The translations under genes were made by a program, and so were the position numbers. 62,365 nt of DNA from Bacteroidia bacterium (GTDB lineage Bacteria; Bacteroidota; Bacteroidia; NS11-12g; UBA9320). The notes below the pieces were generated by a model. The model had not been told where the DNA came from. It did no database searches and saw nothing but the letters and a program-made list of their open reading frames with translations. The DNA lies in NCBI GenBank assembly GCA_047620825.1, contig JBLHOC010000001.1, positions 1-62,365 of the forward strand, written 5' to 3'. Of this stretch, positions 15,558 through 26,275 are shown one piece after another. Every line of letters begins with the position of its first letter. Position 1 is the first letter of the stretch.

Positions 15558-18212
15558 ATGAAAATCAGAGAAATTCTCGCTATGCGCGGCCCAAATTATT
15601 GGTCTGTAAGAAGGCATAAACTTATCGTAATGGTGCTGGATCTTGAAGAAATGGAGGAATTACCATCAAATAAAATTGATGGATTTTCGGATCGTTTAAA
15701 GGCGATGTTTCCTACAATGTTCGAGCATCGATGTTCAGTTGGTGAACCAGGTGGATTTTTTCAACGTGTGGAAGACGGTACCTGGATGGGTCATATCATT
15801 GAACATATTGCGCTGGAAATTCAATCTTTGGCAGGGATGGAAGTTGGTTTTGGAAGGACACGAACGTATGGTGAAGAAGGTGTTTACAATGTGGTTTTCG
15901 CTTACATGGAAGAAACTGCAGGGCGATATGCTGCAAAGTCTGCCGTTGGAATTTGTGAAGCGTTAATAGAGGGGAAACCATATGATTTGACGGAAGACAT
16001 TCAGGAAATGCGGGTTTTACGTGAAAATGAACGACTCGGTCCAAGTACAGGATCGATTGTTGAAGAAGCGGAGAAACGTGGCATTCCTTGGATTCGATTA
16101 AACAAATATTCGTTATGTCAACTGGGTTATGGTGCGAATCAAAAACGAATTCAAGCTACCGTAACAAGTGAAACAAGCAACATAGGTGTAGAACTAGCCT
16201 GTGATAAGGAGGATACAAAATATTTATTGGAACGTGCAGAAGTAGAAGTTCCACGTGGTGAGATAATCCGAAGAGAACGGAGTTTGGAAGAGTCGTGTAG
16301 ATATGTTGGTTTTCCACTTGTAATTAAACCAGTAGATGGCAATCATGGTAGAGGCATAACAGTTAACATTAATTCCCATGAAGATGCACTAACAGCATTT
16401 AGGGAAGCACAAAAGGTGTCAAAAGCCGTTATCATCGAAAAACTTATTACAGGTGAGGATTATCGATTACTCGTTATCAACAACAAATTGGTAGCTGCTG
16501 CAAAACGGACACCTGCAAATGTGGTAGGTAACGGAAAATCCACAATACAAGAACTCATTGATGAAGTAAATATAGATCCGCGGAGAGGGTATGGCCACGA
16601 AAAAGTGTTAACAGCCATCACAGCCAATGAACTAACATTAACCTTAATTCGAGGTAAAGGGTATGGGTTGGATTCGGTTTTACGAGATGGAGAAACACTC
16701 ATTTTAAAAGACACGGCAAACTTAAGTACGGGAGGAACGGCTGAGGATGTTACAGACATTGTTCACCCAGCCAATGTGTTTATGGCAGAACGGATTTCTA
16801 AAATTATCGATCTGGATATTTGCGGCATAGATGTTATGACATCTGACATCAGCATTCCTTTATCAGAGACAGGTGGCGCTGTGCTTGAAGTAAATGCTGG
16901 ACCAGGGTTTAGAATGCACTTGGCACCAACTTCAGGACTACCACGTAATGTAGCATCTCCGGTAATCGATAAATTATTTCCTCCTGGATCAAACTCCCGA
17001 ATTCCAATCATTGCGGTGTCTGGAACAAATGGAAAAACAACAACTACACGATTGATTGCTCATATCGCAAAAATGAAGGGGTATAAAGTTGGGTACACCA
17101 CTACGGACGGTGTGTATATTCAAAATAGGTTGCTCATGAAGGGTGATTGCACTGGACCAGCCAGTGCCGAGTTTGTACTTAAAGATCCAACCGTAAATTT
17201 TGCAGTGTTGGAGTGTGCTAGAGGTGGATTATTACGTGCCGGTCTTGGATTCGAAAATTGTGATGTCGGTATCGTAACCAATGTCGCAGCTGATCATTTA
17301 GGTCTTAAAGGTATTCATACCGTTGAACAACTTGCCAAAGTAAAAGGTGTTGTTCCTGAAACGGTTTTACCCAGTGGATACGCGATTTTAAACGCAGACG
17401 ACGAGCTGGTTTATAAAATGCGAAAGAATGTAGAATGCAATGTGGCGTTGTTCTCTATGGATGAAGACAATATCCATATCAAAGCAATGCAAAAGAGAGA
17501 TGGCTTAAGCGCGGTTTACGAAAACGGTTTCATCACAATTTGCAAGGGCGAATGGAAAATGAGGATAATAAAGGCCGTAAATGTGCCTTTAACATATGGC
17601 GGCAAAGCAAAATTCATGATACAGAATGTGTTGCCAGCAGTATTGGCTGCACATGTTCAAGGTTTTAGTAATGAAGATATCAAAGTTGCCTTAGAAACAT
17701 TTATTCCATCTCCTACGCAAACACCAGGTAGGTTGAATATATTTAACTTTAAGGATTTTACGATCTTGTTGGATTACGCACACAACCCAGCGGGAATGCG
17801 TGCACTGCATCAGTTTATTGAAAACATTGAGGCTACAAAAATTGTTGGAATCATTGCCGGAATTGGAGACAGACGTGAAGAAGACAACAATGAAATGGGC
17901 AGTATTGCAGCTGAAATGTTTGATGAAATTATTATCAGACAAGACAAAAGACTAAGAGGTAAAACGGAAGAGGAGTTAATCAAAATGCTTAGTGATGGCA
18001 TAAAAATGTTCGATCCTAATAAAAAAACGACCATTATCCCTTCAGAAAAAGACGCGATTATACATGCAGTGAATACGGCTGAAAAAGGGTCATTAATTGT
18101 GTTGTGTAGCGACGTTGTACCAGATGCGCTGGAGTTGGTTAAAAAGCTAAAAGAAGAAGAGGCAGACCGACTGTATGAGTTTACAACGGAGCAAATCCCG
18201 AATCAAATATAA
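15558..18212 (+). CDS. cphA: cyanophycin synthetase
   Basis: 884 aa. It has the characteristic N-terminus MKIREILAMRGPNYWS, a central ATP-grasp region, and a Mur-ligase-like domain with P-loop SGTNGKTTTTRL. Confidence 0.95.
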   Translation: MKIREILAMRGPNYWSVRRHKLIVMVLDLEEMEELPSNKIDGFSDRLKAMFPTMFEHRCSVGEPGGFFQRVEDGTWMGHIIEHIALEIQSLAGMEVGFGRTRTYGEEGVYNVVFAYMEETAGRYAAKSAVGICEALIEGKPYDLTEDIQEMRVLRENERLGPSTGSIVEEAEKRGIPWIRLNKYSLCQLGYGANQKRIQATVTSETSNIGVELACDKEDTKYLLERAEVEVPRGEIIRRERSLEESCRYVGFPLVIKPVDGNHGRGITVNINSHEDALTAFREAQKVSKAVIIEKLITGEDYRLLVINNKLVAAAKRTPANVVGNGKSTIQELIDEVNIDPRRGYGHEKVLTAITANELTLTLIRGKGYGLDSVLRDGETLILKDTANLSTGGTAEDVTDIVHPANVFMAERISKIIDLDICGIDVMTSDISIPLSETGGAVLEVNAGPGFRMHLAPTSGLPRNVASPVIDKLFPPGSNSRIPIIAVSGTNGKTTTTRLIAHIAKMKGYKVGYTTTDGVYIQNRLLMKGDCTGPASAEFVLKDPTVNFAVLECARGGLLRAGLGFENCDVGIVTNVAADHLGLKGIHTVEQLAKVKGVVPETVLPSGYAILNADDELVYKMRKNVECNVALFSMDEDNIHIKAMQKRDGLSAVYENGFITICKGEWKMRIIKAVNVPLTYGGKAKFMIQNVLPAVLAAHVQGFSNEDIKVALETFIPSPTQTPGRLNIFNFKDFTILLDYAHNPAGMRALHQFIENIEATKIVGIIAGIGDRREEDNNEMGSIAAEMFDEIIIRQDKRLRGKTEEELIKMLSDGIKMFDPNKKTTIIPSEKDAIIHAVNTAEKGSLIVLCSDVVPDALELVKKLKEEEADRLYEFTTEQIPNQI

Positions 18213-18305
18213 ATGCACCGACCAATGCTTCGAAACGAGCAATTGTGACAAACAAACTAGGCACTTCTTAATATTCAATCATTCATTACGCTTAAATTTG
18301 ACGCT

Positions 18306-21300
18306 ATGATTAAGTCTTTTAAAAAAGCATATCTTTTATTTCTATCTTTTACAATGTCGTTGTCGGTTTTTGGGCAGGGCAAAACATATAAGTACTTGAT
18401 GGACGATGTGGCCTACAACTTCTATGAAGTTGTTGATTCGGCGGAGGCCTATTTTGACATTCATGGAACGGGTAAAGGCAGTGGTTGGAAAGGATACCAG
18501 CGATGGAAGAATGAAAATGAAAGCAAGTTTTATCCAACCGGTGATCGCAAGCAAGCTTATTACAGCGGGGCACAACACAGTTACCAAACGTTGAACAATG
18601 GCACGGTAAACAGCCATGCAAAAGCCTTAGAAAACGGATGGGAAGAACTTGGACCATGGGACGCGAATAACATAACAACACACTATTCACCAGGCATCGG
18701 ACGCGTTGAAACTTTTTGGGTTAACCCATTAAACACGGATCATATTTTCCTTGGTTCTAGAAGTGGGGGGTTTTGGCGAACAATGGACGGAGGTAAAAAC
18801 TGGGAAAACACGACTGACACCCTTGTCGTATCTGGTGTCGTATCAATTGCGGTAAACCCATTTGACATAAAAGACGTTTTAATAGCAATTCAACAGGGTG
18901 GTAACGCAAATACACATGGTATTTATCGATCTTTAGATGGTGGAACGACCTGGGTTGAAACAAAATTCAATCCGAGAGACGCCAATATTGGTGGTTTAGG
19001 CAAAAACCAAAGAATCTACAAATTGGCCTTTCATCCTACCCGCAAGGGGTTGGTATACATAGGAACGTCAAATGGCATGTATCGTTCTAAAAACGATTTG
19101 CAATCCTGGTCACAGGTGTTTTCTGGTTATGGGACGGATATCGAGTTCCACCCAACAAAATCCAACGTAGTGTACGCCTATAGCAATTACCAGACTGGTC
19201 AAAACTATTTGAAATATTCAAGCGATACGGGTGCGACTTGGAATAATTCAGCATTAATTTCTAATAATAACAATGCAAAGCTTTTTATATCTGTTTCTAA
19301 AAATCAACCCAACAATGTTTATGTCGCCTCATCCAATGGGATTTGGCGATCTAAAAATCAAGGCGCGTTTTTTACGTTTTTAAGTAACCCAGATGAAAGT
19401 TGTCAAGGATTTGCAGTGTCTGATTTGGACGTTAAAAACATGTTGTATGGATATGTGGATACCGAAGCGAGTTCTGATGAAGGCCAAACATTTACACAAG
19501 TAACAAAATGGAGCAACCGCAATGCGGCCTATGTACACGCTGATATCAGAACGTTAGAATGCATGGATGGTGTTTTTTATATTGGCACTGATGGTTATTT
19601 GGCTAAAAGCTCAGACAACGGAAAAACATGGACTAGATTGAATGACGGTACTGCTATCCGAGAGTTTTATGCGGTTGGCCTTAGTCAATCTAATATTGAA
19701 CTGAACATTGCTGGTTCTCAGGATAATGGAACGAGTATACTGGAAGAAAGTGGTTGGATAGAATGGAATGGTGGTGATGGAATGGAGGGTCTTGTACAAA
19801 CTCTTAACAGTGATTGGTTGATTGGAAGCTGGCAATATGGTTCACGGAACTACACAAGAGATGGCGGACAAACAAGAAAGACTGCAAATAACCCAAGGCG
19901 TGGTTCAGGTCAAGCCAATTGGGAAGCGCCATTACTGATGGATCCTTTGCATCAATTTAGATTGTATCACTTTGCTGATACCATTTATTCAAGTGATGAC
20001 TTTGGTATCACATGGGAATTTTATAGTGCACCAGAAATTGGTCAAGTTAAAGACGCAGCCATCGCGCAAAACAATCCTGATATCATCGCAATTTCTCGTA
20101 ATTCGACCATCCGGTTAACAACGGATGCTGGAAAAACATGGTCAGATATTCGGTCCAACTTACCAAATTACAGCGTAACAGACATTGAATTTGATCCAAC
20201 GCGTGACAGTACAATTGTTGTAACATATAATCGGTATCAGAAAGACAATCAGAAAATATTTATATCCAATGATTTAGGAAAAACATGGAGCAATATCACC
20301 TATAATTTGGTTGACATGCCGCTAAGAACGGTTACCATCGACCAATCGGATTCTTCTTACTTATATGTGGGGGGTGAAATAGGTGTTTACTATAAAAGCC
20401 TGAATGGAACTGAATGGAAGCTGTACAACGAAAACTTCCCCAATGTGACCGTTAAAGACCTGGAGATACACTATGGCAGTAATACGTTGAGAGCGGCGAC
20501 GTGGGGCCGTGGATTATGGGAAAATACGACGATTGGAAAGGCTACTTATCCAAGAATGCTACAAACGAGCATCACAGAAACGCCATCGGATAGAAAACCT
20601 AGGAAAGGACTTGATCAGTTTGTTACAACTGAAATTGAATCTAGTAATGGCGTGAAGTCAGCTAAACTTAGATGGTCAAAAAACAATATTAGCCTTAGTA
20701 ATGAGATCGAATTGGAGAACGTCTCAGGCAATGTGTGGAAGTCTAAAACCGGTATTCCTTCAGAAAATGACAATGACAATATGTACTTCCAATTGATTGT
20801 TGAATCAAACAGTAATCAAGTCACAGAATCATTTCGATTCCATTACGTGGTGCGACCATTTGTGTATTGCTTAGGGCGAGGTGGCGCAGGAACAGGGGCA
20901 GATTGGATTAATCACGTTGAACTTGAAGAGATAAACAATACCACTATTCAAGAGTATTATGGAGACTATACAGATAAGGTCGCAAACCTGATGCAGAATC
21001 ACACGTATAGCCTTGAAATGAAACTAAACTTTCACTTTGATTTAAATAAGATTGCTGCTTGGATAGACTATAATAAAAATGCTGAGTTCGATGCGGATGA
21101 AAAAATTACAATGGGTACTATAGACGGATCACACGGAAGCATTGGTCAATTTACAGTTCCAAGCGATGTAGTTTTAGATGACAGTTTACGACTTAGAGTG
21201 GTTTGTAGATATACCAGTAATGAAGTGGACCCATGTGGTCTAGAATCAGGAGAAGTGGAAGACTATACAGTTATCATTTCGAAAGATACTTTAAGTAGCA

Positions 21301-21551
21301 TTAAAACACTTAATGTGCTTAATGCCAAAGTGTATCCAAATCCGAATGATGGCACTTTTACCATTGAATTGGACAAAGACGTCTTGGACGTAACAGTTAC
21401 GATCTACGACAATGCTGGTAAATTGGTTTATACGCAAGCATTGGATTCAAAAGGTAAGCAGAAAATAAAGTCTAAGCTTACAACTGGCATCTATGTCTTA
21501 GAAATCACTTCTAACCAAGGCGTGAAATCTCAAAAACTAATTGTTGAGTAG
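18306..21551 (+). CDS. secreted Asp-box (BNR/sortilin-like) beta-propeller protein with a GEVED domain and a T9SS C-terminal sorting domain
   Basis: Signal peptide MIKSFKKAYLLFLSFTMSLSVFGQ. At least seven S/T-x-D-x-G-x-T-W/F motifs occur (MDGGKNW, LDGGTTW, SDTGATW, SDEGQTF, SDNGKTW, TDAGKTW, NDLGKTW). SGEVEDYTVI is present. The C-terminal domain is KVYPNPNDGTFTIEL...GIYVLEITSNQGVKSQKLIVE. Confidence 0.75.
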   Translation: MIKSFKKAYLLFLSFTMSLSVFGQGKTYKYLMDDVAYNFYEVVDSAEAYFDIHGTGKGSGWKGYQRWKNENESKFYPTGDRKQAYYSGAQHSYQTLNNGTVNSHAKALENGWEELGPWDANNITTHYSPGIGRVETFWVNPLNTDHIFLGSRSGGFWRTMDGGKNWENTTDTLVVSGVVSIAVNPFDIKDVLIAIQQGGNANTHGIYRSLDGGTTWVETKFNPRDANIGGLGKNQRIYKLAFHPTRKGLVYIGTSNGMYRSKNDLQSWSQVFSGYGTDIEFHPTKSNVVYAYSNYQTGQNYLKYSSDTGATWNNSALISNNNNAKLFISVSKNQPNNVYVASSNGIWRSKNQGAFFTFLSNPDESCQGFAVSDLDVKNMLYGYVDTEASSDEGQTFTQVTKWSNRNAAYVHADIRTLECMDGVFYIGTDGYLAKSSDNGKTWTRLNDGTAIREFYAVGLSQSNIELNIAGSQDNGTSILEESGWIEWNGGDGMEGLVQTLNSDWLIGSWQYGSRNYTRDGGQTRKTANNPRRGSGQANWEAPLLMDPLHQFRLYHFADTIYSSDDFGITWEFYSAPEIGQVKDAAIAQNNPDIIAISRNSTIRLTTDAGKTWSDIRSNLPNYSVTDIEFDPTRDSTIVVTYNRYQKDNQKIFISNDLGKTWSNITYNLVDMPLRTVTIDQSDSSYLYVGGEIGVYYKSLNGTEWKLYNENFPNVTVKDLEIHYGSNTLRAATWGRGLWENTTIGKATYPRMLQTSITETPSDRKPRKGLDQFVTTEIESSNGVKSAKLRWSKNNISLSNEIELENVSGNVWKSKTGIPSENDNDNMYFQLIVESNSNQVTESFRFHYVVRPFVYCLGRGGAGTGADWINHVELEEINNTTIQEYYGDYTDKVANLMQNHTYSLEMKLNFHFDLNKIAAWIDYNKNAEFDADEKITMGTIDGSHGSIGQFTVPSDVVLDDSLRLRVVCRYTSNEVDPCGLESGEVEDYTVIISKDTLSSIKTLNVLNAKVYPNPNDGTFTIELDKDVLDVTVTIYDNAGKLVYTQALDSKGKQKIKSKLTTGIYVLEITSNQGVKSQKLIVE

Positions 21552-21694
21552 GATAGAATTCTACCATATTTAAAACTCAAAGATGTTCTGAGTGTTTAAA
21601 AACAATGTGAAAGTAACTTTATGTTGACTTTCGTAAAATCTTGTTCGGGTTTTAAAATCCAAATAATGTATAACACAAACAACATTGGCTAAAT

Positions 21695-22741
21695 ATGTAT
21701 GTAAAGAAGAATTTTACGTTTAAAGGCGTCATGTCTTTTTCTGGAGCGCATTTAGTATGGCTAACCGCATGGGCCACAGTGGTACCCGTGTTTATTGAAT
21801 CGCTACATAAACGCGATATTTTTGGGTTCCAAGTACCATGGTTAGTCGTGTCATTGGTTGGTACCGCAGTTGCATTTTATGTTGGTTTTAAAAACAACAG
21901 TTCATACGATCGTTTATGGGAGGCACGTAAAATCTGGGGTGCTATTGTCAACAGCAGTAGAATTTGGGGTACGAATGTGAAAGGGTTTGTTTCTAATCAA
22001 TTTAAAGACGAGCCTGAGGGTGAAAAAGCCATCAAGATGTGGCACACCAAACTATTATACCGTCACATCGCCTGGTTGTATGCTCTAAGAAGTCAATTGT
22101 TAATACCAACTCAATGGGAACATATCAACCAAGGTAGATTGGTCAGGCGAAAAACAAAATCGTCATTGAAGACCTACGGAATTGGTTTGTATGGAGATGA
22201 GCATACTACATTTGAAATACCTAGATGTCTGCCAGCTGATGAAGTCGAGAAATTGATTAACAGTCAAAATACGGCAACACAAATAATTGACCAGCAATCG
22301 CAAGATTTAAAACAATTAAGAGCTGACAATTTGATTGATGACTTTCGACACATGGAATTGCAAAAAATCTTAAACGATTTCTATGTGCACCAGGGAAAAG
22401 CTGAAAGAATCAAAAAATTTCCGCTTCCACGACAATATGGTAGTATGAGCATGGTGTTTGTTGGATTATTCATCTTCCTCTTACCGTTTGGGTTGGTACA
22501 AGTGTTTCATGATCTAAGCGAATGGGGCGCCTGGTTGTCGATACCATTTACAGTCATAGTGGGGTGGGTGTTTTTAATGATGGAGCTTATTGGCGATTAT
22601 TCAGAAAACCCTTTTGAAGGTCTTGGCAATGATATTCCGATGTTATCTATATGTCGCACAATTGAAATTGACCTAAAGGAAATGTTAGGTGAAACCAATT
22701 TGCCACCAGCAATTAAGCCCGTAAATGATGTCTTAATGTAG
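21695..22741 (+). CDS. bestrophin-family (UPF0187/YneE-like) ion channel
   Basis: 348 aa with TM helices and the family signature SYDRLWEARKIWGAIVNSSR. Confidence 0.8.
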   Translation: MYVKKNFTFKGVMSFSGAHLVWLTAWATVVPVFIESLHKRDIFGFQVPWLVVSLVGTAVAFYVGFKNNSSYDRLWEARKIWGAIVNSSRIWGTNVKGFVSNQFKDEPEGEKAIKMWHTKLLYRHIAWLYALRSQLLIPTQWEHINQGRLVRRKTKSSLKTYGIGLYGDEHTTFEIPRCLPADEVEKLINSQNTATQIIDQQSQDLKQLRADNLIDDFRHMELQKILNDFYVHQGKAERIKKFPLPRQYGSMSMVFVGLFIFLLPFGLVQVFHDLSEWGAWLSIPFTVIVGWVFLMMELIGDYSENPFEGLGNDIPMLSICRTIEIDLKEMLGETNLPPAIKPVNDVLM

Positions 22742-22931
22742 CTTACAATATATTCAAACTTTTGTGTGAACTTTTTGGGTGTGAAACATCAATTTGTTGG
22801 ACCACGAATAGCCAATTGACCTGTCATTACAGGAAGGTGTAACCTTAAAAGTTAAGTAAATATTAAAGATTTCTCAATGCCCACAATCATACAACTGAGC
22901 TGATTATAGACATAGCAAGGACTAATTTTCG

Positions 22932-25325
22932 ATGCCAACTTTGTATAAAAAAGGCATGAGAAAACATTTATTAACAATTACACTAATCAGTCTATTTTGG
23001 TCAAGCCAATCTGAGGCTCAGGTAACAGCTGATTTTAGCACGTCGGACACCATTGTTTGCGGTGGGAAATTGACAAGATTTACCTACACAGGACAAGATG
23101 CAAAACTATTTCACTGGGATTTTGGAGACGGTACAGTGTCACAGTCGACGACCAACCCTATAAAAACAAAGAATTATTCAAGACCAGGCACCTACTTAGT
23201 GAAGTTGGTAGCAACAGATAGCGTGACGTCAGATACAGTAACTCAGTTTATAAGGGTACGACAGCTGATAGACATGTCTTTTAGCTTAAACGAATCCACG
23301 AGCACCGGTTACTATTGTCTGGGCTCCAATTTGTCTATTTCGGAATGGAGTACCATACAAGGGTTTGATTCAATCTTTTGGGATGTTGGAGACGGTTATA
23401 TGTCTAACGAGCTCTATCCAAATCACACCTATACGACACCGGGGCAGTACCAATTAAAGCTGAGGCTAAAAGGATATTGTGGTGAAGATGAAGACTCAAT
23501 AAGTGTTGGCATTGCGGACGATGAACGCGGAAAGGCAAATACCAGTTTAAGTGCATATCCAAACACAATTTGCCCGGGAGAAATGATTAACATTAGTGTA
23601 TGGGCAGGAAGTACGCCACCAGACAGCACTAGGGTCTACCTTGGTGATGGAAACTCGACGATGTTGGACGAATTTGACTATACGTAAATGAATGAAGGGA
23701 TGTACAACGTTAAGGCCGTGACTTACAATACATGTGGTGCAGACACAGCCGAACGTTTAATTAACGTAACGAAAAGTATAAAACGAAGAGGAAGTATTTA
23801 TGTTAACGGGGAAGATCTTTGCTTAGGTCAATCCTTAAGGGGATCTTTAGGCGCTGGTTCTGCTATGCGGGCCATCCTAAATTACGACGATGGAAGCATC
23901 GATACGCTGAGCGATAACTATTCGTTTAAACATGTATATACAGTAAATGGGACTTACGACGTCACCGCAATCTTTGAATATTTTTGTGGCGAACCTGATA
24001 CCGCAATCAAGACAGTTACTATTGGTACTCAAGTATTTAATTTTTCAATAACCCCTTACAGAAACTCATTTTGTCCTACAGAACTCGTTCAATTCAATCC
24101 ACCATGGTTATACCTTGGAGATACGCTAAAGTTTGATTTTGGAGATGGTACATCAGCTCAATTTTTCGATACCGTTGGCGCAGTATCTCATGTTTATGAT
24201 ACGGCGGGAAGTTACTTGGTTAAAGCAACCAAATCCAATGCCTGTGGCTTTTCAAATCAAAGCCAGACGACTGTAACTGTGGCCTCAGGTGCCATGCCAC
24301 ATTTAAGCATTACAGCTGATTACGCTGGTCAGGAATCCCCTTTATGCCAGGACGATACCATTATGTTAAGGATGAGCGCGGAACAGTTCACGCTCAAAAA
24401 TGCCATGTTTACTTTTGAAGATGGATCTTCATTAACGGGTGAAAGTGGTAAGATAACTTTTACTAAAGGACAACATCTTATAAAAGCCACAGCCGAAAAT
24501 ATGTGTGGGTCTAAATTGACTGGTTACTATACGCTGGACGTTTGGGACACCTTTCTTAACCCATCCTTGAGTTATTACTTCTATCCACTTACGCAATGTG
24601 TAAATCAAGAGTTTTTCTTCGATGTGTTTGCGAATGGGGCACAATCTATTACTTGGGATATGGGTGATGGTAACAGTTTTGATGGAGATGTAAATCTACC
24701 GCATATGATGTATGTGTACTCGGAGGCAGGTATGTATGACGTTAATATTGTAGCAAAAAATGGCTGTGGCAAGTCTACGGCCACGTCACGTTTAAATGTG
24801 GCAAGCGGACCAAGTTTGTCTTTCAGCAATACAGACCTTAATATCAACATTGGAGATTCAGTAACATTTACTCAAACGGCCACAGGTGGAGGTGAGATAT
24901 ACTGGGTATTTAACTTGAATTTGGACGATACGTCATCTGCAAAAGTGGTAACACGTGCATATCCGGTACGAGGCGTCTATACAGCAAGCTTGTTCGGGAT
25001 AAATGATTTTGGATGTTGGGACACCATAACGAAAACAATCCGTGTCGGCATGGTGAGTATATCTAACTTACCGAGTGACACAGAACGCTTTATTGTTTAC
25101 CCTAATCCAGCCAACAATGACATAAAAGTTAAAGTGTTGCAAGGGGTTTTGGATGTTGATGTTAGACTATTTGATATCACCGGAAAACAGCATACGATTC
25201 AACCCAAACAACTTGGTAAAGATTTGTATCAGTTCGATTTAGGAAAAATCAAAACGGGCATATATTTCATGAGAATTAAACAGGGTGAACACGTCTGTAA
25301 TGCGAAAATAGTTGTGACCCACTAA
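22932..25325 (+). pseudogene. PKD-repeat T9SS cargo protein interrupted by a single in-frame TAA at 23685-23687
   Basis: ORFs 22932-23687 and 23688-25325 share one frame and are separated only by TAA, followed directly by ATG. The signal peptide is only in the first ORF and the T9SS C-terminal domain (VYPNPANNDIKVKV...) only in the second. About eight GDG...HxYxxxGxYxV PKD-like repeats run through both. The stop aligns with the conserved Tyr of one repeat. Confidence 0.6.
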
Positions 25326-25338
25326 AAAGTAATATGTT

Positions 25339-25370
25339 AAAAGCAGCTACCTAGGTGGCTGCTTTTCTTT
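25339..25370. terminator. bidirectional intrinsic terminator between convergent genes
   Basis: Near-perfect palindrome AGCAGCTACCTAGGTGGCTGCT (25342-25363, one G-U wobble). It is flanked by AAA upstream and TTTCTTT downstream, between the stops at 25325 (+) and 25370 (-). Confidence 0.6.
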
Positions 25371-26224
25371 TAGTCTTTTTTCCGAATTTTATAATGTAAA
25401 GTTATAACAGGCATCCACAAAAATTTAACAAAATGGTCGGTTCGAAGTAATCCGGCGTCATCTTCATAGACATGAAAGTTTTCTTTTAGGGTGCGCAGGT
25501 ACCTGACTTTTACACGATTGTTAGAATTCGCAACCATCCTATAATAACCAGAATCACCGAAACCTTTACCTGAGGAAATCAACTTAAAACTGCCATCGGC
25601 TTCTGCTTTTGGCTTTAAAAAAACCGTCGAACTACCTTGTGGAAGTGGGAAGCTGACCTTAACACATGTTTGAACACATTTTGGTGGCTTTACGCTTGAG
25701 TATAGTCCAGTATAAATTACTTTTTCTGGGTTTGACAACTTCCGTAACCAACCGGTGTACTTCCTATTCCCCTGGTTATCAATCATTGGCAACACCTCGC
25801 TCTTCATTCCTCCTGCTAATTCCATTGCCGTTACAGGAAAGTTCAATTGATTCATTCTCCGACTAACAAAGGTGGTCAGTATCCATAAAAAGAGTCTTGA
25901 GGGAAAAGCAGAATGACTCCAAGCTTCCAAATCGTATTCAGACGTATGTTCATAGAAGTGTGTTATTGCAGGATTGACTTTTGAAGAATCAAATGCTACG
26001 CTATCCAGTACACTAAAATCTTTAAGTAAGCCAGCGTCTGGAGACTTTTCAATCTTCAAGTCGCGCTTAAGTGCTAGGTCGGCGTAAAACTCAGAACCGA
26101 TATAAGTTTTGTCGCCCATTGGACTTTCAAGCCAGGGATCTGATTCAAAATTTATCTTTCTTCCTGTGATTGTTATCCAGAAATGGATTATTTGCTCAAT
26201 TAGATACCCAATTGCGTTTGTCAT
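25370..26224 (-). CDS. hypothetical protein, with no signal peptide and no family recognised
   Basis: 284-aa ORF with an ATG start. The sequence is not low-complexity (…HFYEHTSEYDLEAWSH…, …RTDHFVKFLWMPVITLHYKI). It is co-directional with two upstream secreted-protein genes. Confidence 0.55.
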   Translation of the reverse strand: MTNAIGYLIEQIIHFWITITGRKINFESDPWLESPMGDKTYIGSEFYADLALKRDLKIEKSPDAGLLKDFSVLDSVAFDSSKVNPAITHFYEHTSEYDLEAWSHSAFPSRLFLWILTTFVSRRMNQLNFPVTAMELAGGMKSEVLPMIDNQGNRKYTGWLRKLSNPEKVIYTGLYSSVKPPKCVQTCVKVSFPLPQGSSTVFLKPKAEADGSFKLISSGKGFGDSGYYRMVANSNNRVKVRYLRTLKENFHVYEDDAGLLRTDHFVKFLWMPVITLHYKIRKKD

Positions 26225-26275
26225 TGATTACATGTGTTCATCAAAGCTAAGATTAAACCGACAAACAGTATGAGT

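Noticed and set aside
22932-25325. Treating 22932-23687 and 23688-25325 as two real, separate genes
   Set aside because: They share one frame and one repeat architecture runs across the junction. The signal peptide and the sorting domain are split between them, and the stop falls on a conserved Tyr position inside a PKD repeat.
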